DNA of 64,000 bases from assembly GCA_030740155.1 (NCBI GenBank), contig JASLXV010000032.1:1-64000 (forward strand), written 5' to 3'. Source of the DNA: Dehalococcoidia bacterium. Its GTDB lineage: Bacteria > Chloroflexota > Dehalococcoidia > Lucifugimonadales > UBA3495. This document shows, piece after piece, positions 38,474 through 47,483 of the stretch (positions are counted from its first letter, which is position 1; every line of letters begins with the position of its first letter). Position numbers and translations under genes: made by a program. The notes below the pieces were generated by a model, which had not been told where the DNA came from, did no database searches, and saw only the letters and a program-made list of their open reading frames with translations.

Positions 38474-39733
38474 CTATACGATCCCTTGTTTTCGCAGTTC
38501 CGTCAGCTCAGCTGGGGAGACCTCAAGCTCCCCAACCAGTATCTCCTCGTTGTGCTCGCCGATGAGCGGGGCCCTTCGCCAGATTCGCCAGGGGCTTTCT
38601 TCCATACGGAAGGGGGGACCCTGACAGGGCAGCTCGGTTTCCAACTCCGGGTGCTCCAAGTGGACGAAGTATTCGCGCTCCCGGAGGTGCTGGTCCTGGT
38701 ACACTTGGTCCGGCCCCTTGACCGCGCACACCTGGATGCCCCGGCCCTGGCCCGCCTCCACCAGCCGGTCCCGTTGATGGTTCAAGGCGAATGCCTCGAA
38801 CAGTTCGTACATTCGGGCGCGCTGCGAGTCGGTGAATTCGCCGCCCTCCTCGAATACGTCGTGCCACTCTTCCCCGTACAGCTCCTGCCCCACGCCTTCG
38901 CCAGACATCCACTCGCGCACCTGCCGGCGATCGGGCCAGTAGGTGACGTAGGAGGTGATGTAACCGTCCTGACAGGCGAATAGGCGCCGCTCGTACCGGA
39001 TACCGGGAAGATAGGGCCCCGAAGGGTCCCGTTTTCCCACGACGCCGTGGCTCTTGTAGACGACGGAGGTGGTCTGCGTGGCCGCCATCATGCTCTCCTG
39101 GGCCGACACGTCCACATACTGCCCTTCCCCGGTCTGCTGGCGATGGAAGTGGGCCATCATGGTGCCCACGCAGGCGTAGCTGCCGGTCATCAGCTCCGTC
39201 ACCGGCAGGCTCACTTGGACCGGCGGCAGGTCGGGAGAGCCGGTGCCCTGGAGGAAGCCGCTCATGGCGCTGGCCACCAGATGCCCGCCTTGCCAGGAAG
39301 CCCTGGGCCCCTGGCTCCCGAAGGGCGCGATGGCGGTCCACACCAGGGAGGGGTTCTCCTGCTTGAGGCTTTCATAGCCGATACCGAGGCTGTCCAGATA
39401 GCCGGGCGGGAAACACTCGAGAACGAAGTGGGCCGTTTGGACCAGCCGGCGGAAGAGCCGCCGGCCGGGCTCGGACTCAAGATCGAGGGTTACGCTGCGC
39501 TTGTTCACGTTGTACAGGAGCCAGAACAGGCTGCGCTCCGGGTGGGGCGAGTCATGGTAGAACGGGCCGCGGCGGCGCATGGCATCGCCCCCGGGCGGCT
39601 CGATCTTGATTACGTCGGCGCCCAGGCAACCCAGCATCCGGCCGCTGAAGACGCCCAACTCGTTGGTGAGGTCCAGGACCCGGTAGGGCCCTAGGGCGGT
39701 TTCGTCGCGGTTGACCACGTTCTCCTTTCCCAT
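38474..39733 (-). CDS. Family III CoA-transferase, BbsE-like (probably non-catalytic) subunit, copy 1
   Basis: 'LGPYRVLDLT..GADVIKIEPPGGD..RRRGPF..SLFW'; Asp position reads 'PVTEL'. Confidence 0.88.
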   Translation of the reverse strand: MGKENVVNRDETALGPYRVLDLTNELGVFSGRMLGCLGADVIKIEPPGGDAMRRRGPFYHDSPHPERSLFWLLYNVNKRSVTLDLESEPGRRLFRRLVQTAHFVLECFPPGYLDSLGIGYESLKQENPSLVWTAIAPFGSQGPRASWQGGHLVASAMSGFLQGTGSPDLPPVQVSLPVTELMTGSYACVGTMMAHFHRQQTGEGQYVDVSAQESMMAATQTTSVVYKSHGVVGKRDPSGPYLPGIRYERRLFACQDGYITSYVTYWPDRRQVREWMSGEGVGQELYGEEWHDVFEEGGEFTDSQRARMYELFEAFALNHQRDRLVEAGQGRGIQVCAVKGPDQVYQDQHLREREYFVHLEHPELETELPCQGPPFRMEESPWRIWRRAPLIGEHNEEILVGELEVSPAELTELRKQGIV

Positions 39734-39833
39734 TTGGGGGTCAGTTCCAACTGACCGGAAAATTCACCATCCGCTTTTGGACCGGCTCTGGGCCAGTTGA
39801 AGGTGGGGGTGGTGATCGCCAGGGTAGTATCTT

Positions 39834-41051
39834 TTACTCTACGACGCCCTCTTCCACCAGGCGGGCGAACTCCCCGTCCGACAGGCCCAGAAGCTCCGAG
39901 TAGACGTAGCCGTTGGCCTCGCCCAGGGTTGGCGCCGTGGACCGGTAGCGCGCGGGGGTTTCATCCAAAAGGCAAGGCGGGGACTCGTAGGTGAACCGGC
40001 TCGCCCGAGGATCGTCCAGGCCCCAGAAGTGCCCCCGGTAGGCTAGCTGGGGGTCATCCCACAGCTGAGCGCCGTCGAGGGAGACGCCGGCAGGCACGCC
40101 GGCTTCCTGTAGAACGGTTGCGGCGTCCTCGGCGCTTTTCTCCCGGGTCCAGAGTTCCACCAGAAGGTCCAGCTCATCGGCATGCTCGTGCCGCTGTGCT
40201 TCGGTGGAGAACCGCCCTTCTTGGGTCCAGGGCGGATTGCCCATCACGTGACAGAAGGCCAGCCATTGCTCCTCGTTGAACACCGTGATGGCGCACCAGC
40301 GGTCATCGCCCTGGCAGCGGTACACGCCATGGGGCGCGGCGTCGGGGTCCCGGTTTCCCCGGCGGGTTTGGACGTGGCCGTTGGCGCTGAAGTCAACAAT
40401 CGCGGTACCTAGTAAGTCCAGGGCGGACTCGAAGTCCGACGCGTCGATGAACTGGCCCTTGCCCGTCCGGTCCCGGTACTCCAGGGCGGCCATAACCGCC
40501 GTCACCCACACGGGGGGCAGGTAGTAGTCGGTCAGGGCGCCTCCGGGGGACATGGGCTCCCCATCCGGCCAGCCGGTGAATTCGTAGAGGCCGGTCATGG
40601 CGGCCAAGACCGGCCCGTGTCCCCGGAAGTTCTGGTAAGGCCCGGACTGGCCCGCCAGAGACATCGCGATCATGATGATGTCGGGTTTGACCTTCTTCAA
40701 CTCCGCGTAGCTCAGCCCCAGCTTGTTGATTGCCCTCACGGTCCAGTTCTCCGCCACCACGTCGGCAACACTGACCAGTCTTTTGGCCAGCTCCGCTCCT
40801 TCAGGCCGCTTCAGGTTCAGCTGGATACCCCTCTTGTTCTGGTTGAACCGGTGGAACATCACGGCCTTGTCGACATTCGCCGTGTCCCCCACCCAGGGAC
40901 CGTGCCTGCGCATGACGTCCAGCCGCGTGGAGGACTCCACTTTGATGACCTCGGCCCCGAAGTCGGCGAAATGGTGGGTAGTCAGAGTGCCGACCCCGGC
41001 GATGGAGAAGTCGATGACCCTAACACCTTCCAGCGCTTGCCTCGAGTCCAT
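39834..41051 (-). CDS. Family III CoA-transferase, catalytic (BbsF-like) subunit, copy 2
   Basis: Start ATG 41051; 'GGALTDY'; close paralog of 37006..38223. Confidence 0.9.
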   Translation of the reverse strand: MDSRQALEGVRVIDFSIAGVGTLTTHHFADFGAEVIKVESSTRLDVMRRHGPWVGDTANVDKAVMFHRFNQNKRGIQLNLKRPEGAELAKRLVSVADVVAENWTVRAINKLGLSYAELKKVKPDIIMIAMSLAGQSGPYQNFRGHGPVLAAMTGLYEFTGWPDGEPMSPGGALTDYYLPPVWVTAVMAALEYRDRTGKGQFIDASDFESALDLLGTAIVDFSANGHVQTRRGNRDPDAAPHGVYRCQGDDRWCAITVFNEEQWLAFCHVMGNPPWTQEGRFSTEAQRHEHADELDLLVELWTREKSAEDAATVLQEAGVPAGVSLDGAQLWDDPQLAYRGHFWGLDDPRASRFTYESPPCLLDETPARYRSTAPTLGEANGYVYSELLGLSDGEFARLVEEGVVE

Positions 41052-41168
41052 GGGACACCTCTGCTGCGTGATTTGGCGCGACAATGCCTGCTCAACCCCT
41101 GCCGGTGGCCCGGCCCGCCGCCGGTGGCAGGTGGTTGGCGCCACCAATTGCCCTGAACCACTGAATAT

Positions 41169-41284
41169 CGATCTCAAAAGGTGGTTCGACAAGCTCACCA
41201 CGAACGGAGCAGGAGCGCGCTATCCGTTCGTCCTGAGCCTGTCGAAGGACCGCTGGGGTCGGCACTAAAGTTTCTGTGATAGTC
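41169..41284 (-). mobile_element. MITE/REP-like element family A, copy 5
   Basis: Nearly identical to 38348-38463. Confidence 0.7.
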
Positions 41285-41294
41285 GCTGAGGCCG

Positions 41295-42566
41295 CTATAC
41301 CGCTCCCAACTGTTGTAGCCGGGCCATCTCTTCCGAGGAAAGGCCAAGCTCTTCCAGGTATATCTCCTCGTTGTGCTCGCCGATGAAGGGGGCTCTTTTC
41401 CCGATGTGCCAGGGGCTCTCCCCCATGCGGAAGGGCGGTCCCTGATACGAAAGCTCCGTCCCCAACTCCGGGTGCTCCAGACTGACGAAGTACTCCCGCT
41501 CCTGAAGGTGTAGGTCCGTGGATACCCCCTCCACCCCTTTGAACGGACACACCTGGATGCCCCGTCCCTGGCCCTTCTCCACCAGTTCGTCGCGTTCGTG
41601 ACGCAGGGCGAAGGCCTCGAACAGCTCATACATGTGGGCGCGCTGAACCTCGGTGAACTGGCCGCCCTCTTCGAACGGCTCGTTCCATTCGTCCCCATAT
41701 AGCTCCTGGCCTATGCCCTCGCCGGCCATCCACTCCCGTACCTCCCGGCGATCGGGCCAGTAGGTGACGTAGCAAGTGATGTACCCGTCTTTGCAGGCGA
41801 AAAGCCGCCGCTCGCTCTGGGAGCCGGGAACATAGGGGCCCGAAGGGTCCCGGCGCCCCACCAGGCCGTGGCTCCGGTAGAAGGACGGCGCGTTGATCGC
41901 CGCCCGCAACATGCTCTCCTGGGCTGAGACGTCCACGAACTGCCCTTTCCCAGTGCGCTGGCGATGAAAATGGGCCATGAGGCTGCCCACGCAGGCGTAG
42001 GAGCCGGTCAGAAGCTCGGTCACCGGCAGGCTCACCTGGACCGGGGGCAGGTCGGGGGAGCCGGTACCCTGCAGGAAACCGCTCGTGGCGCTGGTCACCA
42101 GATGCCCGCCCTTCCAGGAAGCCCGGGGCCCCTGGCTGCCGAAGGGCCTGATGGCGGTCCACACCAGGGAAGGGTTCTCCTCCTTGAGGCTCTCATAGCC
42201 GATACCCAGGCCGTCCAGATAGCCCGGCTCGAAACACTCGAGAACGAAGTGGGCCGTCTTGACCAGCCGGCGAAAGAGCTGCTGGCCCGCCGGGGACTCC
42301 AGGTCGATGGTTACGCTACGCTTGTTCACGTTGAAATGGAGCCAGAACAGGCTGCGCTCCGGGCCGGGCGAGTCGTGGTAGAAGGGCCCTCGGCGACGCA
42401 TTGGGTCGCCACCGGGAGGCTCTACCTTTATGACGTCGGCGCCCAGGCAGCCCAGCATCCTGGCGCCGAAGACGCCCAACTCGTTGGTAAGGTCCAGGAC
42501 TCGGTAGGGCCCCAGGGCGGTTTCGTCGCGCTTGACCACGCTCTCCTTCCCCACGGGAGTTTCCAT
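41295..42566 (-). CDS. Family III CoA-transferase, BbsE-like subunit, copy 2
   Basis: Close paralog of 38474..39733. Confidence 0.88.
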   Translation of the reverse strand: METPVGKESVVKRDETALGPYRVLDLTNELGVFGARMLGCLGADVIKVEPPGGDPMRRRGPFYHDSPGPERSLFWLHFNVNKRSVTIDLESPAGQQLFRRLVKTAHFVLECFEPGYLDGLGIGYESLKEENPSLVWTAIRPFGSQGPRASWKGGHLVTSATSGFLQGTGSPDLPPVQVSLPVTELLTGSYACVGSLMAHFHRQRTGKGQFVDVSAQESMLRAAINAPSFYRSHGLVGRRDPSGPYVPGSQSERRLFACKDGYITCYVTYWPDRREVREWMAGEGIGQELYGDEWNEPFEEGGQFTEVQRAHMYELFEAFALRHERDELVEKGQGRGIQVCPFKGVEGVSTDLHLQEREYFVSLEHPELGTELSYQGPPFRMGESPWHIGKRAPFIGEHNEEIYLEELGLSSEEMARLQQLGAV

Positions 42567-42842
42567 CCAAACAGGAGAATCCTTTCAAACAGGGGAGTCC
42601 ATCCAAGTTTTCATAACAAACCCCTATCGCCCTTGAGCCAACCCGGATTTCGCGTCGGGCCTCTTCGAGGGTGACGGGGGGAATTCCCCTTTTCTCCCTG
42701 TACCGATGGGGGACTAAGGGGATTTTGAGCATCCTCACCAAACCGTGACCGGGGCGGCATTGGCTCTCGTCCGGCGTTGCCGCCCCAGCCAGGATCTGGC
42801 AGTACGAATATGTTGCCCGGTGAAAAAGAAGGGGGCCGAACT

Positions 42843-44126
42843 CTATACGACGGCCATCTCCTTGCGGTCGATGCACAGCTCGATGAACTCTTCGAGTTTC
42901 TCGTGCACCTCTTCCTCGTTGTAGAACTCTTCGTCCAGCATCCGCCCTTCCAGAAGGAGGCTGGGGATACCCAGCGCGTCCTCGGCCCGGTCCGCTATTA
43001 CCTGTGCCGAGCCCAGAGCCAAGGGACAACCGGATTGCTGGAAGTGAACGATGCCATCGATCTTGAAGCACTCAACCTGGTCCAGCACGAACTGGGTCCG
43101 GCGCTCGGTGTCGCCGCCCCAGGTGTTCCAGCCCATCCAGCGGGCCTCCTCCTCCAGCGGAGTCAGCTTGCGACCGAACTCCGGCTCGCCCAGACCGGGA
43201 GGGCTGTTCTTGTAGTCGGAAGAGCGGGAGGCGCCGCCGAACTCGAAGATGACCGTGGCAACGCCGCGATCCTCCAGGAACTTGAAGGGGTTGGCGTAGA
43301 AGGGCGCGCTGACCATCCAGTAGAAGCGCAGCCTCTCGTTCTCCAGGGCCCCCTTGCCGGAATCGGCCTTCACCTTCATCTCTTGGGCCAGCATCTGTGA
43401 ATACTCCACCGACCGCTCGCGGTCGGAGTGGTGGAACCGGGGCATGCGGATGACGTCCCGGCCGCTGATGGGGCAGGGGACGGTCGTCCGCAGCATGTAG
43501 GCCTCTTTCTGGTGGGCCATGAACTTCGCTTCCCACTCCTGGGCCTCGACCAGCTTGTCCATGTCGAACTTGACCCCGGGGACCTTAGCCTCGGCGAACT
43601 CGATAAGCTCCTCGAGTTGCTTCGCCATGTATTTCACGGTGTCTTCGTTGTAGTCGATTGGAATGTCAATCATGAAGTGGGGCGCCTTGTAGTGCCGGGC
43701 CACGGCGAGAACGGACAACTGGTGGGGGCTGCAGGAGAAGTTGCCGGTGGTGCAGAAGACCGGCTCCGGCAGGTCACCGTCAAACACCATGCCCATGCCC
43801 CCGATGATCCGGTCGCAGAGGCTGTCGTGGAGGCCCAAGGCCTTGGAGGTTTCGAAGTGCTTGGGGAACTCCGGCACCTCGCGGTCGGCGTCGGCGGCCA
43901 TACCTATGGTGTGGAAACCCATCGCGGTAAGGATCCGCTCGGCGCCAAGCCCGTCCAATACGGCGAAGGGCTTCCCCGCCTTCCAGGCGGCCAACTCATC
44001 CTTCCGATGGTGAATCCACATCTCGTAAAGCAGTTTGTTGCTGGCCAGCAGATTAGGATCCGGGTTCGCCTCGATCTTCTTGACCCGCCGCTCGTACTTG
44101 GCTATTTCCCTCTCGAAAAAGTTCAT
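42843..44126 (-). CDS. 2-hydroxyacyl-CoA dehydratase / benzoyl-CoA reductase subunit (HgdA/BcrB/BzdO-like)
   Basis: 'GLHDSLC', 'FSCSPH', 'FMIDIP', 'IDGIVHFQQSGC', 'LGIPSLLLEGRMLD...KLEEFIE'. Confidence 0.88.
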   Translation of the reverse strand: MNFFEREIAKYERRVKKIEANPDPNLLASNKLLYEMWIHHRKDELAAWKAGKPFAVLDGLGAERILTAMGFHTIGMAADADREVPEFPKHFETSKALGLHDSLCDRIIGGMGMVFDGDLPEPVFCTTGNFSCSPHQLSVLAVARHYKAPHFMIDIPIDYNEDTVKYMAKQLEELIEFAEAKVPGVKFDMDKLVEAQEWEAKFMAHQKEAYMLRTTVPCPISGRDVIRMPRFHHSDRERSVEYSQMLAQEMKVKADSGKGALENERLRFYWMVSAPFYANPFKFLEDRGVATVIFEFGGASRSSDYKNSPPGLGEPEFGRKLTPLEEEARWMGWNTWGGDTERRTQFVLDQVECFKIDGIVHFQQSGCPLALGSAQVIADRAEDALGIPSLLLEGRMLDEEFYNEEEVHEKLEEFIELCIDRKEMAVV

Positions 44127-44233
44127 CGGTTGCCCTCCCTTACAATTTAGTTGTTATGGGCCCGAAAATGGCTCTCCCAGCCCGCCCCGCCACGTCGCGC
44201 GCGCAGGCATTGGGCTGGTTGGACAGGGGCCAG

Positions 44234-45382
44234 CTAGGCATGGACCTTGAGCACCTCCAGGAATGCGCCGACCCTGGTGCGAAGCTGCCCCATGTTGGTC
44301 AACGCGTAGTCCCGCAGGATTGTCACCACCGGGATACCCGCCTGTTTCATCCGGGCCTCAAAGTAGACCACTCCATACAGGCGAGGCTGGCAATACATCT
44401 GGGGAAATTCAAGGACGCCGTCGATCCGCCAGTCGCGGGCCCAGCTTACCACCTGGTCCAACTGTTTTTCCCAGAAGTCGGCCCGGGCATTGGGCACGTC
44501 GGTCAGGTAGTGGCGGGCCAAGGCTTCCAGGGGCGGCAGGTTGGGGTCCACCTGGCCCCAGCAGGAGCCGGTACCGGTGTCCATGTCGTCCATCGCCACC
44601 ACACAGCCGGCGCTCTCGATCATCTCCATGTAGCCGGGGTGGTCCAGGTGGTCCGATGAGACCATTAGCCGCGGACGCATGCTCACGAAGGTGGCCTCTC
44701 GCTCCTTCAGGTAGGGCATCAACGCCTTCAGCTCCCGGTTGAGATCGTCGGGGGGCAGGCCGAAGGCCGCGGTGGTGATGGACAGGTACTCGGCGCCCGA
44801 TAGAGGGGGCACGTCCCGCTTGCGCAGCTCGTATAGCTCCTGGAAGAGCCTGCGGTTCTCGTTGTAGAGCCCAATCGCGTCCCCCAGGGTCTGTTCCGTT
44901 ATTTCCACTTTGAAGTGGTCTTCGATGGCCTTCCGCAGGTCCTGGAGTTCTTCCGTGAAGAAGTTGACGCTGGTGTCGATGTCTTTATGCGGGACGTGGA
45001 GGTATCGCAAGAACGGGACCTGCTTCTTGTGCTCTATCACCCCGTGCAAGCGGCGCATGTCATCGTCCTTGAAGGAGATGACGGCGCCCGCCAGGAAGTC
45101 CAGGTCTCCCGAGAACATGGACTCCAGCACGTGGGTACAGAACCCGCAGGCATTTTGAGGTCGGTACACGTCGGCCCTGGGGACGGCGGCGCGCCACGTG
45201 CCGCTGATGCGCCAGGATTGCAGGCCCCCAGCCCAAAAGAGTTCGTTAGCCATGAAGTGACAAACCGAGCCCACAATCTGCCGGCCCTGCTTTTTCAGCT
45301 CTCTCCCCCGGGCGATCCTTTCCTCTTCGCCGTTGGCCGCCAGCAGTTGCTGAAGCCTGGCCTCCATTTCAGTGTTTTGCAA
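44234..45382 (-). CDS. 2-hydroxyacyl-CoA dehydratase / benzoyl-CoA reductase subunit (HgdB/BcrC/BzdN-like)
   Basis: 'NACGFC', 'RPRLMV', 'IDGVLEFPQMYCQP', C-terminal 'GQLRTRVGAFLE'. Confidence 0.88.
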   Translation of the reverse strand: MQNTEMEARLQQLLAANGEEERIARGRELKKQGRQIVGSVCHFMANELFWAGGLQSWRISGTWRAAVPRADVYRPQNACGFCTHVLESMFSGDLDFLAGAVISFKDDDMRRLHGVIEHKKQVPFLRYLHVPHKDIDTSVNFFTEELQDLRKAIEDHFKVEITEQTLGDAIGLYNENRRLFQELYELRKRDVPPLSGAEYLSITTAAFGLPPDDLNRELKALMPYLKEREATFVSMRPRLMVSSDHLDHPGYMEMIESAGCVVAMDDMDTGTGSCWGQVDPNLPPLEALARHYLTDVPNARADFWEKQLDQVVSWARDWRIDGVLEFPQMYCQPRLYGVVYFEARMKQAGIPVVTILRDYALTNMGQLRTRVGAFLEVLKVHA

Positions 45383-45519
45383 AGTGGCACCCCTTTCTCT
45401 AGCTGAGTGCGCTACATCCTCCCGGCTCCGTGCTGGGCCCGAACCCTGGGCCCTCCCATCCCCGGAGTGGTAGAGTGGTGCAGGCGCTACCTACCCAATC
45501 CGTGGTTCGCCCGGGGTCT

Positions 45520-46365
45520 TCAGACCGGCTCTGCTCCCGCGGCCCCCATGCTTATCCCGACCGGCGCCGCCCCGACCACCGCGCCGGTCAAGGCCAGGTC
45601 TTTGGCGAAGACGGCAGCCCCAACGGCTCCGACGATTTGAGGCTCGAACGCCAACTGGGCCTTGACGCCCAGCACGGTTTCCACCCTCGATACGATGCCG
45701 ATGTTCTTAGCTACCCCGCCGCTGATGGCGAACTCTTCCTCTATTCCCCCGTTGCGGGCCAGCAGGCTCTTGATCCGCCGCACCAGGGCGTCGAAGGCCC
45801 CGGCAAGGATGGCCGAGCTTTCCACGCCCCGGCGGACCAGGCCCCACGCTTCCTGCTCGGCAAATACGGTGCAGTAGGCGCTGATCTTCACCGGTTCCGA
45901 GGTGGCGGTCAACGAGGTCGGCCCGATTTCCTCCAGAGGCATCTCCAACGCCCTGGCGACGCGCTCCAGGTATCTCCCGGTCCCCGCGGCGCACTTATCG
46001 TTCATGACAAATTTCAGGACTTGGCCCTTGTCATCACAGCTGATAGCCTTGCAGTCCTGGCCGCCCATGTCCAGAATGGTCCTCACCTCCGGGCGAAACC
46101 ACCAGGTGCCCTTGGCATGACAGGAAATCTCGGTCACGCTGGCCGAGGAGAAATCGACGTTCTCCCTACCGTAGCCGGTAGCCACGATGCTTTTCAGGTC
46201 ATTCATGTCGAGTGAGGCCGAGGCTCGGGCCTTGGCCAGGGCGTCCCGAGCGGCCTTCACGCTGTCGGGCCCGGTGGGAATGACCGCCCAAGAGACGATC
46301 TCTCCTTCGTTGAGTATCGCCGCCTTGGCGGTCAAACTGCCTACGTCGATTCCAGCAAACAACAT
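45520..46365 (-). CDS. ATP-dependent activase (HgdC/BcrA/BzdQ-like)
   Basis: Start ATG 46365: GIDVGSLTAK, ATGYGR, TEISCHAKG, DMGGQDCK, MNDKCAAGTG, CTVFAE. Confidence 0.92.
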   Translation of the reverse strand: MLFAGIDVGSLTAKAAILNEGEIVSWAVIPTGPDSVKAARDALAKARASASLDMNDLKSIVATGYGRENVDFSSASVTEISCHAKGTWWFRPEVRTILDMGGQDCKAISCDDKGQVLKFVMNDKCAAGTGRYLERVARALEMPLEEIGPTSLTATSEPVKISAYCTVFAEQEAWGLVRRGVESSAILAGAFDALVRRIKSLLARNGGIEEEFAISGGVAKNIGIVSRVETVLGVKAQLAFEPQIVGAVGAAVFAKDLALTGAVVGAAPVGISMGAAGAEPV

Positions 46366-46367
46366 AT

Positions 46368-47162
46368 CTAACTCCCCTCTGACGAAGCCCGAACTGAAGC
46401 CTGGGCGGTCACCGCGGCCCCGACGGCGCCCACGATTTCCGGGACTTCGGTGGTAAGCACGGAGAACCCGACCGTCTCCTCCAAAAACTTCTTGATGCCC
46501 TTGTTCTTGGCCACCCCGCCAACTATCACCACATCCTGCTCCATTCCGGCTTTCAACACCAGCGGGTAGAGCCGTTTGGCCATGCCGATCAGGACCCCCG
46601 CGACGATGTTCTCCTGCTTCTCGCGTTGGACGTGGATCAGGGAGATGATCTCGGACTCGGCGAAGACGGTGCAGACGTGGGCCACCTCTACCGGCGCCTC
46701 CGCGCTCAGCGCCAACTCCCCCATCTCCGCGATGTCGACGCCCAGGATGTCGCACACCACTTCCAGATACAGGCCGCTCCCCGAGGCGCACTTCTCATTC
46801 TTGGCCTGCTTCCGGACCCGGCTATCCACGCACCCGACCGCCAGGGCCTTTTGGGCGCCAATGTCCAGCACGGTTTTCGCCGAGGGAACGAAGTGCGGTA
46901 TGCCCCTGGCCAGAGCGGAGGGCTCGGGCACTTTCAGCCACCCCCCATTCACCTGCTCTCTGCCTATGCCGGTCACGCCGACGTGCTCTAGCTGATCCAA
47001 GGAGACACCGGCCTTCTGAGCCGCCTCGTTCAGCATCGATGCCGCCACGGTGGAGGCGGCATGCCTGCCCTGGTGCCCGATGGCATGGGCAATAACCCGG
47101 CCATCGTCCAGGATTATGGCTTTGGTCGTTTCCGCTCCAACATCAATTCCTGCGACTGCCAT
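46368..47162 (-). CDS. ATP-dependent activase, degenerate partner (BcrD/BzdP-like)
   Basis: Start ATG 47162: GIDVGAETTK, TGIGR, DIGAQ, NEKCASGSG, CTVFAESE. Confidence 0.9.
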   Translation of the reverse strand: MAVAGIDVGAETTKAIILDDGRVIAHAIGHQGRHAASTVAASMLNEAAQKAGVSLDQLEHVGVTGIGREQVNGGWLKVPEPSALARGIPHFVPSAKTVLDIGAQKALAVGCVDSRVRKQAKNEKCASGSGLYLEVVCDILGVDIAEMGELALSAEAPVEVAHVCTVFAESEIISLIHVQREKQENIVAGVLIGMAKRLYPLVLKAGMEQDVVIVGGVAKNKGIKKFLEETVGFSVLTTEVPEIVGAVGAAVTAQASVRASSEGS

Positions 47163-47483
47163 AGGCCCACCTCTCCGCGTTGATTTGGGTACCATAATAC
47201 TTCGCGTGGGCGAATATTACAAATGCGAATACACATCGCTGCCGGCCGACCTTACCCAGTCTCACGACCGGGGGCGAATATTCCAACCAAGGCGACGAAC
47301 GCAGTATAAAGCCACAGTCAAATGCGCGCAAGACGTGCGAAACATCGAAAAGTGATAGGCAGCTACGCGCAAGGGCCTTATCCCTGGCTTATTAGTACGG
47401 TTTTCGTAAGCGCCCCGCCCGGGTCAGGCAATCCTGGCGGGAGGTGCGGGCAATATCGTCGGGCGGGCCGGGGTTAAGTTCCC

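Noticed and set aside
42660..42730. Hairpin-like CCCC...GGGG motifs here and at about 20241-20270 as terminators
   Set aside because: No clear U-tract; they look like another degenerate dispersed repeat and cannot be assigned.
46366..46791. N-terminal extension of the second activase (423-aa ORF)
   Set aside because: Overlaps the upstream activase gene; real start is ATG 46365 after an RBS.
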